Shown here piece after piece: positions 17,574 through 26,014 of a stretch of 33,551 bases of DNA. Made by a program: the position numbers and the translations under genes. Source of the DNA: Clostridia bacterium (GTDB lineage: Bacteria > Bacillota > Clostridia > Christensenellales > UBA1242); contig CAAFWB010000001.1 in the NCBI GenBank assembly GCA_900766395.1, positions 1 to 33,551 of the forward strand. The letters run 5' to 3'. The notes under the pieces were generated by a model. It ran no database searches. It was given only the letters and a program-made list of their open reading frames with translations, and was not told where the DNA came from. Position 1 is the stretch's first letter. The number at the start of each line of letters is the position of its first letter.

Positions 17574-18833
17574 ATGGATAAACTTCAAATTTTTGGTGGC
17601 GAAAAACTTTATGGGGCTGTTGAAATTCCTTCATCAAAAAATGCCTTTCTTCCAATTCTTGCCGCAACAATTTTGTGCGAAGGCAAGGTCGTTCTACATA
17701 AAAATCCAAGATTTGTTGACATCTACAATATGTGCGGGGTGCTTGAAGACCTCGGAAGCAAAATTAGTTTTTGTGATGACGATGTCATTATTGATAACAC
17801 AAATCTCACTTCTTTTGAGATTTCGCCTCAAAAGGCAAGCACTGTTCGCTCGTCGATTTTTTCGTTGGGAGCAATTCTTGGAAGATTTCGCAAGGCAAAA
17901 GTTGCCTACCCTGGTGGTTGCGAAATTGGAGCGCGCCCAATCGACATTCATCTTCGAGGGTTGATGAACCTTTCTGTTTCGGTGCGTGACAGCCACGGCT
18001 TTTTGTATTGCGAGGCAGGAAATCTTCGCGGGACGGACATACACCTTGATTTTCCCTCTGTTGGAGCAACCGAAAATATTATGATGGCAAGTGTTTTGGC
18101 AGAAGGCGAAACGCACATATATAACTCGGCAAAAGAGCCTGAAATTGTCGATCTTCAAAATTTCTTGAATAAACTGGGGGCAAATGTTCGTGGCGCGGGG
18201 ACTGACCACATTGAAATTGTTGGCGTAAAAAAACTCAAAACCGAGATTGAATACACTCCCATTCCTGACAGAATTATTGCAGGAACATATGCTCTTATGG
18301 GTGCAAGTTGTGGCGGTGAGATTGAACTAAAAAATGTACGACGCGAAAGCATCAGCCCAGTTTTGAGCAAAATACAAAATTCTAATTGCAAAATTAACTA
18401 TGTTAGTGATAAACTATTCTTGTCGTCAAATGGGAAACTCTCTGCGGTTCAAAAAATTGAAACTGCGCCATATCCAGGATTTCCAACCGATATGCAGGCA
18501 CAAATGCTTGCGACTCTTGCAACGGCAAAAGGAACAAGCATAATTGTTGAAAACCTTTTTGAAAACAGGTTTAAGCATGTGCCAGAACTCGTCAAAATGG
18601 GTGCAAAAATCACTGTTAAAGACAATATTGCTGTCATTGTTGGAGTTGAAAGTTTGTCTGGTGCGAGCGTGACAACCTGCGATTTGCGAGGTGGTGCAGC
18701 ACTGATTCTTGCGGGACTCAAAGCGGAAGGGTATACGACAATAAACAATGTGCATTTGATTGACCGCGGTTATTTCAAAATTGAAGATGATCTGACGCGG
18801 CTCGGCGCAAAAATAAAAAGGATAAAAGATTGA
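17574..18833 (+). CDS. murA: UDP-N-acetylglucosamine 1-carboxyvinyltransferase MurA
   Basis: 419 aa with the motifs SSKNAFLPILAA, active-site loop PGGCEIGARPID and TAPYPGFPTDMQAQ. GGAGGG RBS. Confidence 0.95.
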   Translation: MDKLQIFGGEKLYGAVEIPSSKNAFLPILAATILCEGKVVLHKNPRFVDIYNMCGVLEDLGSKISFCDDDVIIDNTNLTSFEISPQKASTVRSSIFSLGAILGRFRKAKVAYPGGCEIGARPIDIHLRGLMNLSVSVRDSHGFLYCEAGNLRGTDIHLDFPSVGATENIMMASVLAEGETHIYNSAKEPEIVDLQNFLNKLGANVRGAGTDHIEIVGVKKLKTEIEYTPIPDRIIAGTYALMGASCGGEIELKNVRRESISPVLSKIQNSNCKINYVSDKLFLSSNGKLSAVQKIETAPYPGFPTDMQAQMLATLATAKGTSIIVENLFENRFKHVPELVKMGAKITVKDNIAVIVGVESLSGASVTTCDLRGGAALILAGLKAEGYTTINNVHLIDRGYFKIEDDLTRLGAKIKRIKD

Positions 18834-19651
18834 CAAAGAAAAAGAAGGTATTAATTATTCTTGGCTCAGTTCTTGGTGCTCTCATAGTTCTTGGCATCAT
18901 ATTGTTTTTCACTGCTTTTTCTTTGAAAAATGCTGATATAAAGTTTGAAACAACAAATGAGATTTATGACACTCAAACCCTTTCGACTGATATAAAAGAA
19001 AATTGTGAGATTGATTTTGGCAAGTCAGTGTTTTTGATGGACAAGCAAAAAACAATTTCGTCCATTGAAAAAAAATATCCAAATCTCAAAGTTATAAATA
19101 TCGAAACAAAGTTTCCGTCTTCCGTTCTTATTCATCTCGCTCTTCGTCAACAACTCTTTGCTTTTGAACGCGATGGACAAACCTACATATGTGACGAAGA
19201 ACTCAAAGTGCTTGAAACAAAGCAAGACTATTTGTCCACAAAAAGCAATGCGATTTTGGTTGAGGGATTGACTCCAACAAACGAGGGAGAAATCAAAGAA
19301 GCGGATTTTCTTGAATTTGAGGGATTTGACACCACGAATTTCAAAAAAATCTATTTGGCACTTTTTCGAAACAACAGAAACAAACTTGAAAGCATGGCAT
19401 ACTTCAAAACTATAAGTTTTGAAAAAAGAATCAATCCCGAAAGTTTTGAAGACGAAACAACTTTGATTTTGAAATCTCATTCTGATTTTGTTTATCAAAT
19501 TTTTGATTATGAAAACAGGCTTGAAAGCAAATTTAACAAACTGTTTGCCTGCGACTATACGATTGAAGACTTCAATCGAGCAGAGTATGAACTGTTGATT
19601 TATGAGAACTCAAAAGGAGAAATTTTTGCAAAGTTAAAGAACTTGACATAG
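18830..19651 (+). CDS. Cell-division protein FtsQ/DivIB-like (bitopic, POTRA-like region)
   Basis: The TTG start overlaps the murA stop. The N-terminal KKKK is followed by the TM helix VLIILGSVLGALIVLGIILFF. The segment ...IKENCEIDFGKSVFLMDKQKTISSIEKKYPNLKVINIETKFPSSVLIHLALRQQLFAF resembles POTRA. It sits immediately upstream of ftsA-ftsZ. Confidence 0.7.
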   Translation: MTKKKKVLIILGSVLGALIVLGIILFFTAFSLKNADIKFETTNEIYDTQTLSTDIKENCEIDFGKSVFLMDKQKTISSIEKKYPNLKVINIETKFPSSVLIHLALRQQLFAFERDGQTYICDEELKVLETKQDYLSTKSNAILVEGLTPTNEGEIKEADFLEFEGFDTTNFKKIYLALFRNNRNKLESMAYFKTISFEKRINPESFEDETTLILKSHSDFVYQIFDYENRLESKFNKLFACDYTIEDFNRAEYELLIYENSKGEIFAKLKNLT

Positions 19652-19698
19652 AAAACAAAAGCCAATCAAAAAAATCATGATAATAAAACAAAAATCTA

Positions 19699-19727
19699 TT
19701 GACATGATTTTTTTTGTTGTTTATAAT
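19699..19727 (+). promoter_or_regulatory. Consensus sigma-A promoter upstream of ftsA-ftsZ
   Basis: TTGACA (19699-19704) - 17 nt - TATAAT (19722-19727). Confidence 0.7.
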
Positions 19728-19785
19728 TATAGAAAAAATTTGATAATTATTCATTCATTCAAATTTTATACACAAAGGAGGAAAT

Positions 19786-20967
19786 ATGTCCCAAGGCATG
19801 GTGGCAGTGCTTGACATTGGCTCGTCGAGCGTGAGAATTGTTGTTGGAAAACGCGGCATCAATGGCACATTTAACATTCTCGGCACTGGAGAAAGTGAAT
19901 ACTCGGGCTATGTTGACGGGGAGTTCTTGGATACAAACGAACTTGCAAGTGCCATAAACCTTGCAAAAGCGAATGCAGAGACTAATTCAGGGCTTGAAAT
20001 TCGAGATTTGTTTGTTGGCGTTCCAGGCGAATTTTCTCTTTGTGAAACCAAACTGGTTAGCCAAAACTATCCGAAAAAAATCAGGATTTCAAAAGAGAAT
20101 GTTCAAGACCTTTTCTTGAAAGCAAGTGGCAGCGAGTTTGAGACAACCCACACAATGATAAACTGTTCGGGAATATATTTTGTTCTTTCTGACAACAGAC
20201 GTGTGGTGGACCCTGTGGGAGAGCGTTCTTCTCGACTTTCAGCAAGCATTTCCTGCATTTGGGCTGACAACACTTTTATTGAAATAATCAATGGAATTTT
20301 GTCTAGTCTTGGAATTCAAAATTGCGAATATCTTTCAAGTCCACTCGCAGAAGGAATGTATCTTCTTGACGACAACCAAAGAGAAAAATATGCAATCATA
20401 ATTGATTGTGGCTACATATCAACGTCGGTTAGCCTTGTTCGTGGAAGAGGACTTGTTATGCTCAATTCGTTCTCACTTGGTGGCGGACACATCTCGGCAG
20501 ACCTTGCTCAATGTCTTCATATCCCTTTCGCCAGTGCCGAACAACTCAAAAGCAAAGTTGTGCTCAGCATCAGCTCATCGCAAAACGATGTTTATGAAGT
20601 CCAAATCCAAAGCAAGACAGTGCCAGTTTCAATGCAAATGACAAATGCGGTTGTGTGCGCAAGAATTGACATGATTGCTTCAGCCATCAACAAATGTCTC
20701 AACCTTTGTAAAGAAGAACATCCAGAATTTGTTGATGTATATTTGACGGGTGGGGGAATTTCATACATTCGAGGAGCAAAAGACCAACTTTCGAAATCAA
20801 TCGGAAGAAATGTCAAACTTCTCATGCCAAAAGATGCACAAATGAGCAAGGCATACCTTTCCTCAACGTTGGGACTTCTTGACATGGCACTTGAAAAACA
20901 AGAAGACGAGTCGACAAGTTTTTCACAAAAAGTTAAGGGTTTTCTTGCAAAAATATTTCAAAGATAG
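19786..20967 (+). CDS. ftsA: Cell-division protein FtsA
   Basis: Actin-fold phosphate-1 motif VAVLDIGSSSVRIVVG, an SHS2/1C-like insert, IIDCGYISTSV, LTGGGISYIRG, and a C-terminal amphipathic helix FSQKVKGFLAKIFQR. AAGGAGG RBS. Confidence 0.9.
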   Translation: MSQGMVAVLDIGSSSVRIVVGKRGINGTFNILGTGESEYSGYVDGEFLDTNELASAINLAKANAETNSGLEIRDLFVGVPGEFSLCETKLVSQNYPKKIRISKENVQDLFLKASGSEFETTHTMINCSGIYFVLSDNRRVVDPVGERSSRLSASISCIWADNTFIEIINGILSSLGIQNCEYLSSPLAEGMYLLDDNQREKYAIIIDCGYISTSVSLVRGRGLVMLNSFSLGGGHISADLAQCLHIPFASAEQLKSKVVLSISSSQNDVYEVQIQSKTVPVSMQMTNAVVCARIDMIASAINKCLNLCKEEHPEFVDVYLTGGGISYIRGAKDQLSKSIGRNVKLLMPKDAQMSKAYLSSTLGLLDMALEKQEDESTSFSQKVKGFLAKIFQR

Positions 20968-21031
20968 TAAGATAAAAAAAGAGTTAACAAATTGCGTCAA
21001 AGCAAAAATATATAAAATTTAGGAGAAAAAT

Positions 21032-22243
21032 ATGTATTCAAACAATAATATTAGCCCAGTTGCAAGCATCAAAGTCATCGGAGTTGGAGGTGGCGGAAAT
21101 AATGCTGTCAACAGAATGATTAATGCAAACATCACAAGTGCGCAATTTGTTGCAATCAACACAGACAAACAAGCACTCCTCATGAGCAAAGCGGAACTTC
21201 GCCTTCAAATTGGCGAAAAACTAACGCGCGGACTTGGAGCAGGTGCTGACCCAGATATTGGACAAAAAGCAGCAGAAGAAAGCAAGGCAAGCATTTCTGA
21301 ACTTCTCAAAGATTGCGACCTTGTTTTCATCACAGCCGGCATGGGTGGCGGAACAGGAACAGGTGCTGCACCAGTTGTTGCTCAACTTGCAAAAGAAATG
21401 GGAATCTTGACAATCGCTGTTGTCACAAAACCATTTGGATTTGAAGGCAAACGCAGAATGGAAAATGCAGACCGCGGAATTGAAAACTTGCGTAAATATG
21501 TCGACACATTGGTTATCATTCCAAACGACAAACTTCTCAAACTTGTTCCAAAGGGAACTCCAATCGTTGAAGCATTCAGATATGCAGATGATGTTCTTCG
21601 TCAAGGTATTCAAGGAATTTCTGACCTTATTGTTCAACCAAACATGATTAACCTCGACTTTGCCGATGTCCGTTCGGTTATGAAAAACAGAGGACTTGCT
21701 CACATGGGAATTGGTCATGCAAAAGGCGAAAACAAAACGCTTGAAGCAGTTCGTCAAGCAGTTTCATCTCCTCTTCTTGAAACAACAATTGAAGGCGCAA
21801 CTGGTGTTATTCTTAACATCAAAGGTGGCAATGACATGGCTCTTGATGAAGTTTATGAAGCAGCTGACCTTGTGAAAGAAGTCCTTGACCCAGAATGCAA
21901 CATCATCTTTGGTGCTGGAATTGACGAGGCAATGAATGACGAAGTTGAAATCACAATCATTGCAACAGGCTTCCCAGGCAGCGAAAACATTTTGGAAAAG
22001 AAAGAAAAAGCAGAGAATGCTGAACAAATCAAAAAAGATATTGCAGCATTCAACGGCTTTGGTGCAAAACCTTATGACAACTATCTTGGTTCAACAATCG
22101 GACTCAGAAATAACATGCAGCAAGAACCAGCTTTTGAAGACAGAAAACCAGAAATGGCAACCGCTTCAAATGGCGCTCCAACAGGAAGACTCAAAATTGA
22201 TGATTCTGACATTCCACCATTCCTTAGACGCCTCAGAAAATAA
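21032..22243 (+). CDS. ftsZ: Cell-division GTPase FtsZ
   Basis: [13 protein letters not shown], the tubulin signature [18 protein letters not shown], and a C-terminal conserved peptide [11 protein letters not shown]. Confidence 0.97.
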   Translation: MYSNNNISPVASIKVIGVGGGGNNAVNRMINANITSAQFVAINTDKQALLMSKAELRLQIGEKLTRGLGAGADPDIGQKAAEESKASISELLKDCDLVFITAGMGGGTGTGAAPVVAQLAKEMGILTIAVVTKPFGFEGKRRMENADRGIENLRKYVDTLVIIPNDKLLKLVPKGTPIVEAFRYADDVLRQGIQGISDLIVQPNMINLDFADVRSVMKNRGLAHMGIGHAKGENKTLEAVRQAVSSPLLETTIEGATGVILNIKGGNDMALDEVYEAADLVKEVLDPECNIIFGAGIDEAMNDEVEITIIATGFPGSENILEKKEKAENAEQIKKDIAAFNGFGAKPYDNYLGSTIGLRNNMQQEPAFEDRKPEMATASNGAPTGRLKIDDSDIPPFLRRLRK

Positions 22244-22257
22244 TCTCTTGAATTTTG

Positions 22258-22290
22258 AAAACATTTCATTTTATATGAAATGTTTTTTTT
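22258..22290 (+). terminator. Rho-independent terminator after ftsZ
   Basis: A 12-bp stem AAAACATTTCAT / ATGAAATGTTTT with loop TTTAT, followed by a T-run. Confidence 0.8.
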
Positions 22291-22343
22291 CGCCATTTTT
22301 AAACTTTTTTCGCCTTTCATAATAAATTATGTAATTTTATACT
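22289..22343 (+). promoter_or_regulatory. Candidate spoIIGA-sigE promoter region with two Spo0A-box-like repeats
   Basis: TTCGCCA (22289-22295) and TTCGCCT (22309-22315) lie 20 bp apart; the 0A box read on the opposite strand is TTCGACA. A -10-like TATACT (22338-22343) ends 6 nt before the spoIIGA ATG. Confidence 0.3.
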
Positions 22344-22349
22344 ATAAAC

Positions 22350-23207
22350 ATGGAAATTGTGGTTGAATATGCTTTGCTTGATAATTTCTTGATTGATATG
22401 ATTATTCTTTTTGTTTCATGCAAACTAAAGCGTGAAAAAATTTCTGTCGCAAGACTTTGCATTTCAAGTTTATTCGGGGCAATATGCGCTCTTTTGATGC
22501 CACTACTAAACTGCGCCAATTTCTTGATTATTGGGGTCAAGCTTCTCATTGGTGTTGTCATGGTATTAATTGCCCACAAGTGTTCAACTTTCAAAAAGTT
22601 TGTTTTGGATTACTTTATATTTCTTTCAACCACTGCTGTGTTTGGCGGGGTGGGAATTGGTGTTTTGTATCTTTTCTTTGGAAGTGTGACACTGACTTCG
22701 GGATTTGCAATCAATTCACCAATATTTATGAGCGCAATATATATTGCTTTATTTGCATGGGTGTATGGCGTTGTTGCTTCAATAAAGTTTTTCTATCGAA
22801 AGAAAAATCGCAACGAATTTACATTTGAAATTGAACTCGAATGTAAAGATAAAAAAGTTGAATGCATGGCATATCTCGACAGCGGAAACACACTTGTTGA
22901 CCCCGTCACTCAAAAGCCAGTTGTCATCATTGGACTCAAAACATTCAACAAACTTCATAAAGATGTTGCGCTTGAAAATTTACTTATGAAAAAACTCGAC
23001 AAAATAAAAATCGAGGGTGCGCACTACATTGAGTATCAAACCCTCAATAATCAAAAAATGACAATGCTGATTACTCCGATTGACAAAATTGAAATGAAAA
23101 ACAAAAAAGAAAAAAGCGGGTTGAAAGAATGTGTTTTGGGATTAAGTTTTGCCAAATTTCAAAAAAGTTTTGGTTGTGACATATTGCTTAATCAAAACTG
23201 TTTTTAG
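22350..23207 (+). CDS. spoIIGA: Sigma-E processing aspartic peptidase SpoIIGA
   Basis: Five N-terminal TM helices, then the soluble-domain motif AYLDSGNTLVDPVTQKPVVII (catalytic DSGN). It lies immediately upstream of sigE. No SD precedes the ATG. Confidence 0.88.
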   Translation: MEIVVEYALLDNFLIDMIILFVSCKLKREKISVARLCISSLFGAICALLMPLLNCANFLIIGVKLLIGVVMVLIAHKCSTFKKFVLDYFIFLSTTAVFGGVGIGVLYLFFGSVTLTSGFAINSPIFMSAIYIALFAWVYGVVASIKFFYRKKNRNEFTFEIELECKDKKVECMAYLDSGNTLVDPVTQKPVVIIGLKTFNKLHKDVALENLLMKKLDKIKIEGAHYIEYQTLNNQKMTMLITPIDKIEMKNKKEKSGLKECVLGLSFAKFQKSFGCDILLNQNCF

Positions 23208-23218
23208 GGGGAATATCA

Positions 23219-23941
23219 ATGAATATACTAAATTTTTTCAAAAAAATCATAAAAAAGTTGCTTGATATTGATAATTCTGAGTTCGTTGACAACATTGTTT
23301 GTTATATTTGTGGCAACGAAGCTTTGCCTCTTCCGCTGGAACCGGAAGAAGAACTGATGCTGATTGAAGAACTTGCAAACAACAATCAACAAGCAAAAGA
23401 AAAACTTGTTGAACATAATCTTCGACTTGTTGTTTATATTGCAAAAAGATTTGATGGTTGTGGCATTGATATGGAAGATTTGATTTCTGTTGGTGCAATT
23501 GGATTGATTAAAGCGATCAACACATATAATCTCAACAAAAACATAAAACTTGCCACCTATGCAAGTCGTTGCATTGAAAACGAAATATTGATGCAAATAC
23601 GCAAAATATCAAAACAAAAAGGAGAGGTGTCCATTGATGAACCTCTCACATTTGACGGTGACGGAAACGAACTTTTGTTGTCAGACGTGTTGTGTCAAGA
23701 AGCAGATGTTGTGAGCGGTGGACTTGAAAGTTCAGTTGAGCGTCAACTTTTGTATGGGTGTCTAAACAAACTCAATCCACGCGAGCAATACATTATGAAA
23801 TTGAGATTTGGACTTGATGGGAATGAAGAAAAAACGCAAAAAGAGGTTGCTGAATTGCTCGGAATTTCGCAAAGTTATATTTCAAGAATTGAAAAGAAAA
23901 TTCTCGGACGAATGAAAAAAGATTTAACAAATATTATGTAA
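23219..23941 (+). CDS. sigE: Sporulation sigma factor pro-sigma-E
   Basis: N-terminal pro-sequence, then the YICGNEALPLPL motif (cf. YIGGSEALPPPL). Regions 2 to 4 of the sigma-70 family are present (NLRLVVYIAKRF..., GISQSYISRIEKK). Confidence 0.93.
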   Translation: MNILNFFKKIIKKLLDIDNSEFVDNIVCYICGNEALPLPLEPEEELMLIEELANNNQQAKEKLVEHNLRLVVYIAKRFDGCGIDMEDLISVGAIGLIKAINTYNLNKNIKLATYASRCIENEILMQIRKISKQKGEVSIDEPLTFDGDGNELLLSDVLCQEADVVSGGLESSVERQLLYGCLNKLNPREQYIMKLRFGLDGNEEKTQKEVAELLGISQSYISRIEKKILGRMKKDLTNIM

Positions 23942-24024
23942 ATAATTAATTAAAATTAATCATTTTTGATGCAAAAGCGTGAACTTTTTGATGTTTTTTC
24001 GACAAAACAAGTCAAATTTCTCTT

Positions 24025-24054
24025 GTATATAAGATTTTTCACTTGGGCAAAATA
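24025..24054 (+). promoter_or_regulatory. Forespore-type (sigma-F/sigma-G) promoter upstream of sigG
   Basis: GTATA (24025-24029) - 15 nt - GGGCAAAATA (24045-24054). The published sigma-F consensus is approximately GYATA-N15-GGnnAnAnTA. GAGGTG RBS and the ATG follow. Confidence 0.55.
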
Positions 24055-24071
24055 TCGTCATGAGGTGAAAA

Positions 24072-24845
24072 ATGGCAAACAAAGTTAAGATTTGTGGTGT
24101 TGATACATCAACTCTTCCAAAACTTAAAAATGCTGACCTTGTTGAACTTATGGAAAAAGTTAAAAGTGGTGACGAGTATGCTCGTGACCAATTTGTTGTT
24201 GCAAATATGCGTCTGGTTCTCAGCGTTGTGCAGAGATTTGGCGGAAAGAAAGACAAGGCGGACGACATGTTTCAAGTTGGCTGTGTGGGGCTGATTAAAG
24301 CGATTGACAATTTTGACACATCGCTCAATGTTCGTTTTTCGACATATGCTGTTCCAATGATTATTGGGGAAATTCGAAGATATCTTCGCGACAACAACAT
24401 TGTTCGTGTGTCAAGAAGCATGCGTGACATCGCTTATCGTGCGCTTCAAATCAAAGAGCGCGAAGTCAAACTCAATCAAGATGAGCCGTCAATCGACTTT
24501 ATTGCAAACGAACTCAATTTGCCGCCAAAATCTGTTATGATTGCACTTGACGCAATTTCTGATGCTGTTTCACTCAATGAACCAGTTTATAATGACGGAA
24601 GTGAAACTGTTCGTGTTATGGACCAAATTGCTGATTATAAAACCGACTCTGATTCAATGCTTGAAAAGTTCGCTTTGTCCAGTGCGATTGTCAGACTCAG
24701 TCCGCGCGAAAAAGAAATTTTGCTTATGCGTTATTATGATGGGAAAACACAAATTGAAGTGAGTGAAGAGGTTGGCATTTCGCAAGCACAAGTATCTCGT
24801 CTTGAAAAGAATGCACTTGCAAGCATAAAAAAGGAAATGTCATAA
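24072..24845 (+). CDS. sigG: Sporulation sigma factor sigma-G
   Basis: KVKICGVDTSTLPKLKNADLVELMEKVKSGDEYARDQFVVANMRLVLSVVQRF closely parallels the Bacillus/Clostridium SigG N-terminus. Its position after sigE supports the call. Confidence 0.93.
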   Translation: MANKVKICGVDTSTLPKLKNADLVELMEKVKSGDEYARDQFVVANMRLVLSVVQRFGGKKDKADDMFQVGCVGLIKAIDNFDTSLNVRFSTYAVPMIIGEIRRYLRDNNIVRVSRSMRDIAYRALQIKEREVKLNQDEPSIDFIANELNLPPKSVMIALDAISDAVSLNEPVYNDGSETVRVMDQIADYKTDSDSMLEKFALSSAIVRLSPREKEILLMRYYDGKTQIEVSEEVGISQAQVSRLEKNALASIKKEMS

Positions 24846-24870
24846 AAACAGAAAATTTTGAAACTTTTTG

Positions 24871-24899
24871 TCAAATTTTGGGGAGTGTGAGCATATATA
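24871..24899 (+). promoter_or_regulatory. Weak sigma-E-like promoter candidate upstream of ylmC/ymxH
   Basis: TCAAATT - 14 nt - CATATATA, against the sigma-E consensus kmATATT-N14-CATACAhT. There are several mismatches in the -10 element. Confidence 0.25.
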
Positions 24900-24915
24900 A
24901 ATCCAAGGAGAGAAC

Positions 24916-25230
24916 TTGGATTTTTCTTTTTTGGATATCCGCTGCAAAGAAGTGGTTAATATTGTTGACGGAAGATGTCTGGGTCATGTCACTGACATAA
25001 TTTTTAATATGCAGACTTGTGTTGTTCTTGGATTTGTTGTTCCAGCAAGCAAAAACTTTTGGAATGTTTTCAAAAGCTCTGCCGAAATCTTTATCCCGCT
25101 CTCCCAAATTCGAAAAATCGGCGATGACACAATTCTTGTTGAACTCTATGGCGCGAACACTCCAACAACAAATGCCTATTCCGCATCAATGCCAGCAACG
25201 AGTCTTCAAAGTTCTGGTGATAAAAAATAA
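24916..25230 (+). CDS. YlmC/YmxH-family PRC-barrel sporulation protein
   Basis: LDIRCKEVVNIVDGRCLGHVTDIIFNMQTCVVLGFVVP matches the family pattern (L...GKEVINi.dG..LG...D..id...G.i..lvv). TTG start after the AAGGAGAG RBS; the start is uncertain. Confidence 0.8.
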   Translation: MDFSFLDIRCKEVVNIVDGRCLGHVTDIIFNMQTCVVLGFVVPASKNFWNVFKSSAEIFIPLSQIRKIGDDTILVELYGANTPTTNAYSASMPATSLQSSGDKK

Positions 25231-25237
25231 AAATTGC

Positions 25238-25266
25238 TTGCAATTAGAAATTTTCTATACTACAAT
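25238..25266 (+). promoter_or_regulatory. Sigma-A promoter candidate for nrdR
   Basis: TTGCAA - 17 nt - TACAAT. Confidence 0.55.
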
Positions 25267-25286
25267 ATGAGCAGGAGAAAAAAGTT

Positions 25287-25730
25287 ATGAAATGCATATA
25301 TTGTGGTTATCCAGAAAGTAAAGTTGTTGATTCTCGCGCAACAGATGAATCAAATTCAATTCGCCGCCGCCGTGAATGTCTCAAATGTGGCAAACGCTAC
25401 ACTACATATGAAACAGTCGAAACAACCCCACTTTTGGTTGTAAAAAATGACGGAAGCCGTCAACCTTTTGACATTGCAAAAGTCAAAAAAGGCGTCATTC
25501 GCGCTTGCGAAAAAAGACCGGTTTCAATTCAACAAATTGAAAATCTTTGCGAAGATGTTGAAAATCACTTCAAAAACGAACTCGCTGGCGAAGTCAAGTC
25601 AAGTGAAATTGGCGAAGTTGTTATGGACAAACTCCGTGAAATTGATGAGGTTGCTTATGTTCGTTTTGCGTCAGTTTATCGCAAATTTGCCGATGTTGAA
25701 TACTTTAAAAAGTTCATCAACAACCTGTAA
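25287..25730 (+). CDS. nrdR: Transcriptional repressor NrdR (zinc ribbon + ATP-cone)
   Basis: MKCIYCGYPESKVVDSRATDESNSIRRRRECLKCGKRYTTYE is the canonical NrdR zinc ribbon. An ATP-cone follows. Confidence 0.95.
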   Translation: MKCIYCGYPESKVVDSRATDESNSIRRRRECLKCGKRYTTYETVETTPLLVVKNDGSRQPFDIAKVKKGVIRACEKRPVSIQQIENLCEDVENHFKNELAGEVKSSEIGEVVMDKLREIDEVAYVRFASVYRKFADVEYFKKFINNL

Positions 25731-25750
25731 GATTGTTCTAGAAAAAACAA

Positions 25751-25782
25751 GGGTTCATACAATATTGTATGGACTCTTTTTT
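25751..25782 (+). terminator. Terminator-like hairpin after nrdR whose 3' arm contains the feoA start codon
   Basis: GGGTTCATACA-ATAT-TGTATGGACTC followed by TTTTTT. Its core is a perfect 16-bp palindrome, CATACAATATTGTATG (25756-25771). The feoA ATG is 25769-25771. Confidence 0.55.
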
Positions 25783-26014
25783 GTCACTCGTTGATGCAAA
25801 AAAAAATGAAGAATATGTCATCTCCATGGTGGAAGATGATTGCTCTCCTGTTTTGAGAAGACTTGGAGATTTGGGCTTCTTCCCCGAAGCACATGTTGTT
25901 CTTCTCAAAAAATCAATGCTAAACAAAAGTGTCTTGATTTCTTTGGACGGAACAAAACTGATGCTTCGTTCAACACTTGCCGCAAAAATCATTGTGAAGA
26001 AGGTGAGTGCATGA
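25769..26014 (+). CDS. feoA: Ferrous iron transport protein FeoA
   Basis: An 81-aa SH3-like FeoA pattern: LVDAKKNEEYVISMV...LRRLGDLGFFPEAHVVLLKKS...ISLDGTKLMLRSTLAAKIIV. Its stop overlaps the feoB start (ATGA). No SD is visible. Confidence 0.8.
   Translation: MDSFLSLVDAKKNEEYVISMVEDDCSPVLRRLGDLGFFPEAHVVLLKKSMLNKSVLISLDGTKLMLRSTLAAKIIVKKVSA

Noticed and set aside
17537-17574. A five-codon uORF (ATG AAT TTG GAG GGA TAA) with AAGGAGAGGG upstream. Its stop overlaps the murA ATG.
   Set aside because: The GGAGGG inside it is simply the murA RBS. SD-to-ATG spacing for the uORF is long (~11 nt), and nothing else supports a regulatory leader peptide.
19668-19714. The inverted repeat AAAAAAATCATG ... 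CATGATTTTTTT around the ftsA promoter -35 element, considered as an ftsQ terminator or operator.
   Set aside because: The stem is almost entirely A/T and the loop is 23 nt, so it would be very weak as a terminator. It may be a coincidence of poly-A and poly-T tracts.
23960-24268. A 102-aa minus-strand ORF spanning the sigE-sigG intergenic region and the sigG 5' end.
   Set aside because: It has no RBS, it overlaps the sigG promoter, RBS and coding start, and its translation is low-complexity and Ser/Phe/Thr-rich.
25840-26010. A 5' extension of the feoB ORF (MLSCFEKTWRFG...).
   Set aside because: It is an alternative frame of feoA. The FeoB G-domain starts at the ATG at 26011, which has an RBS and an ATGA overlap with the feoA stop.
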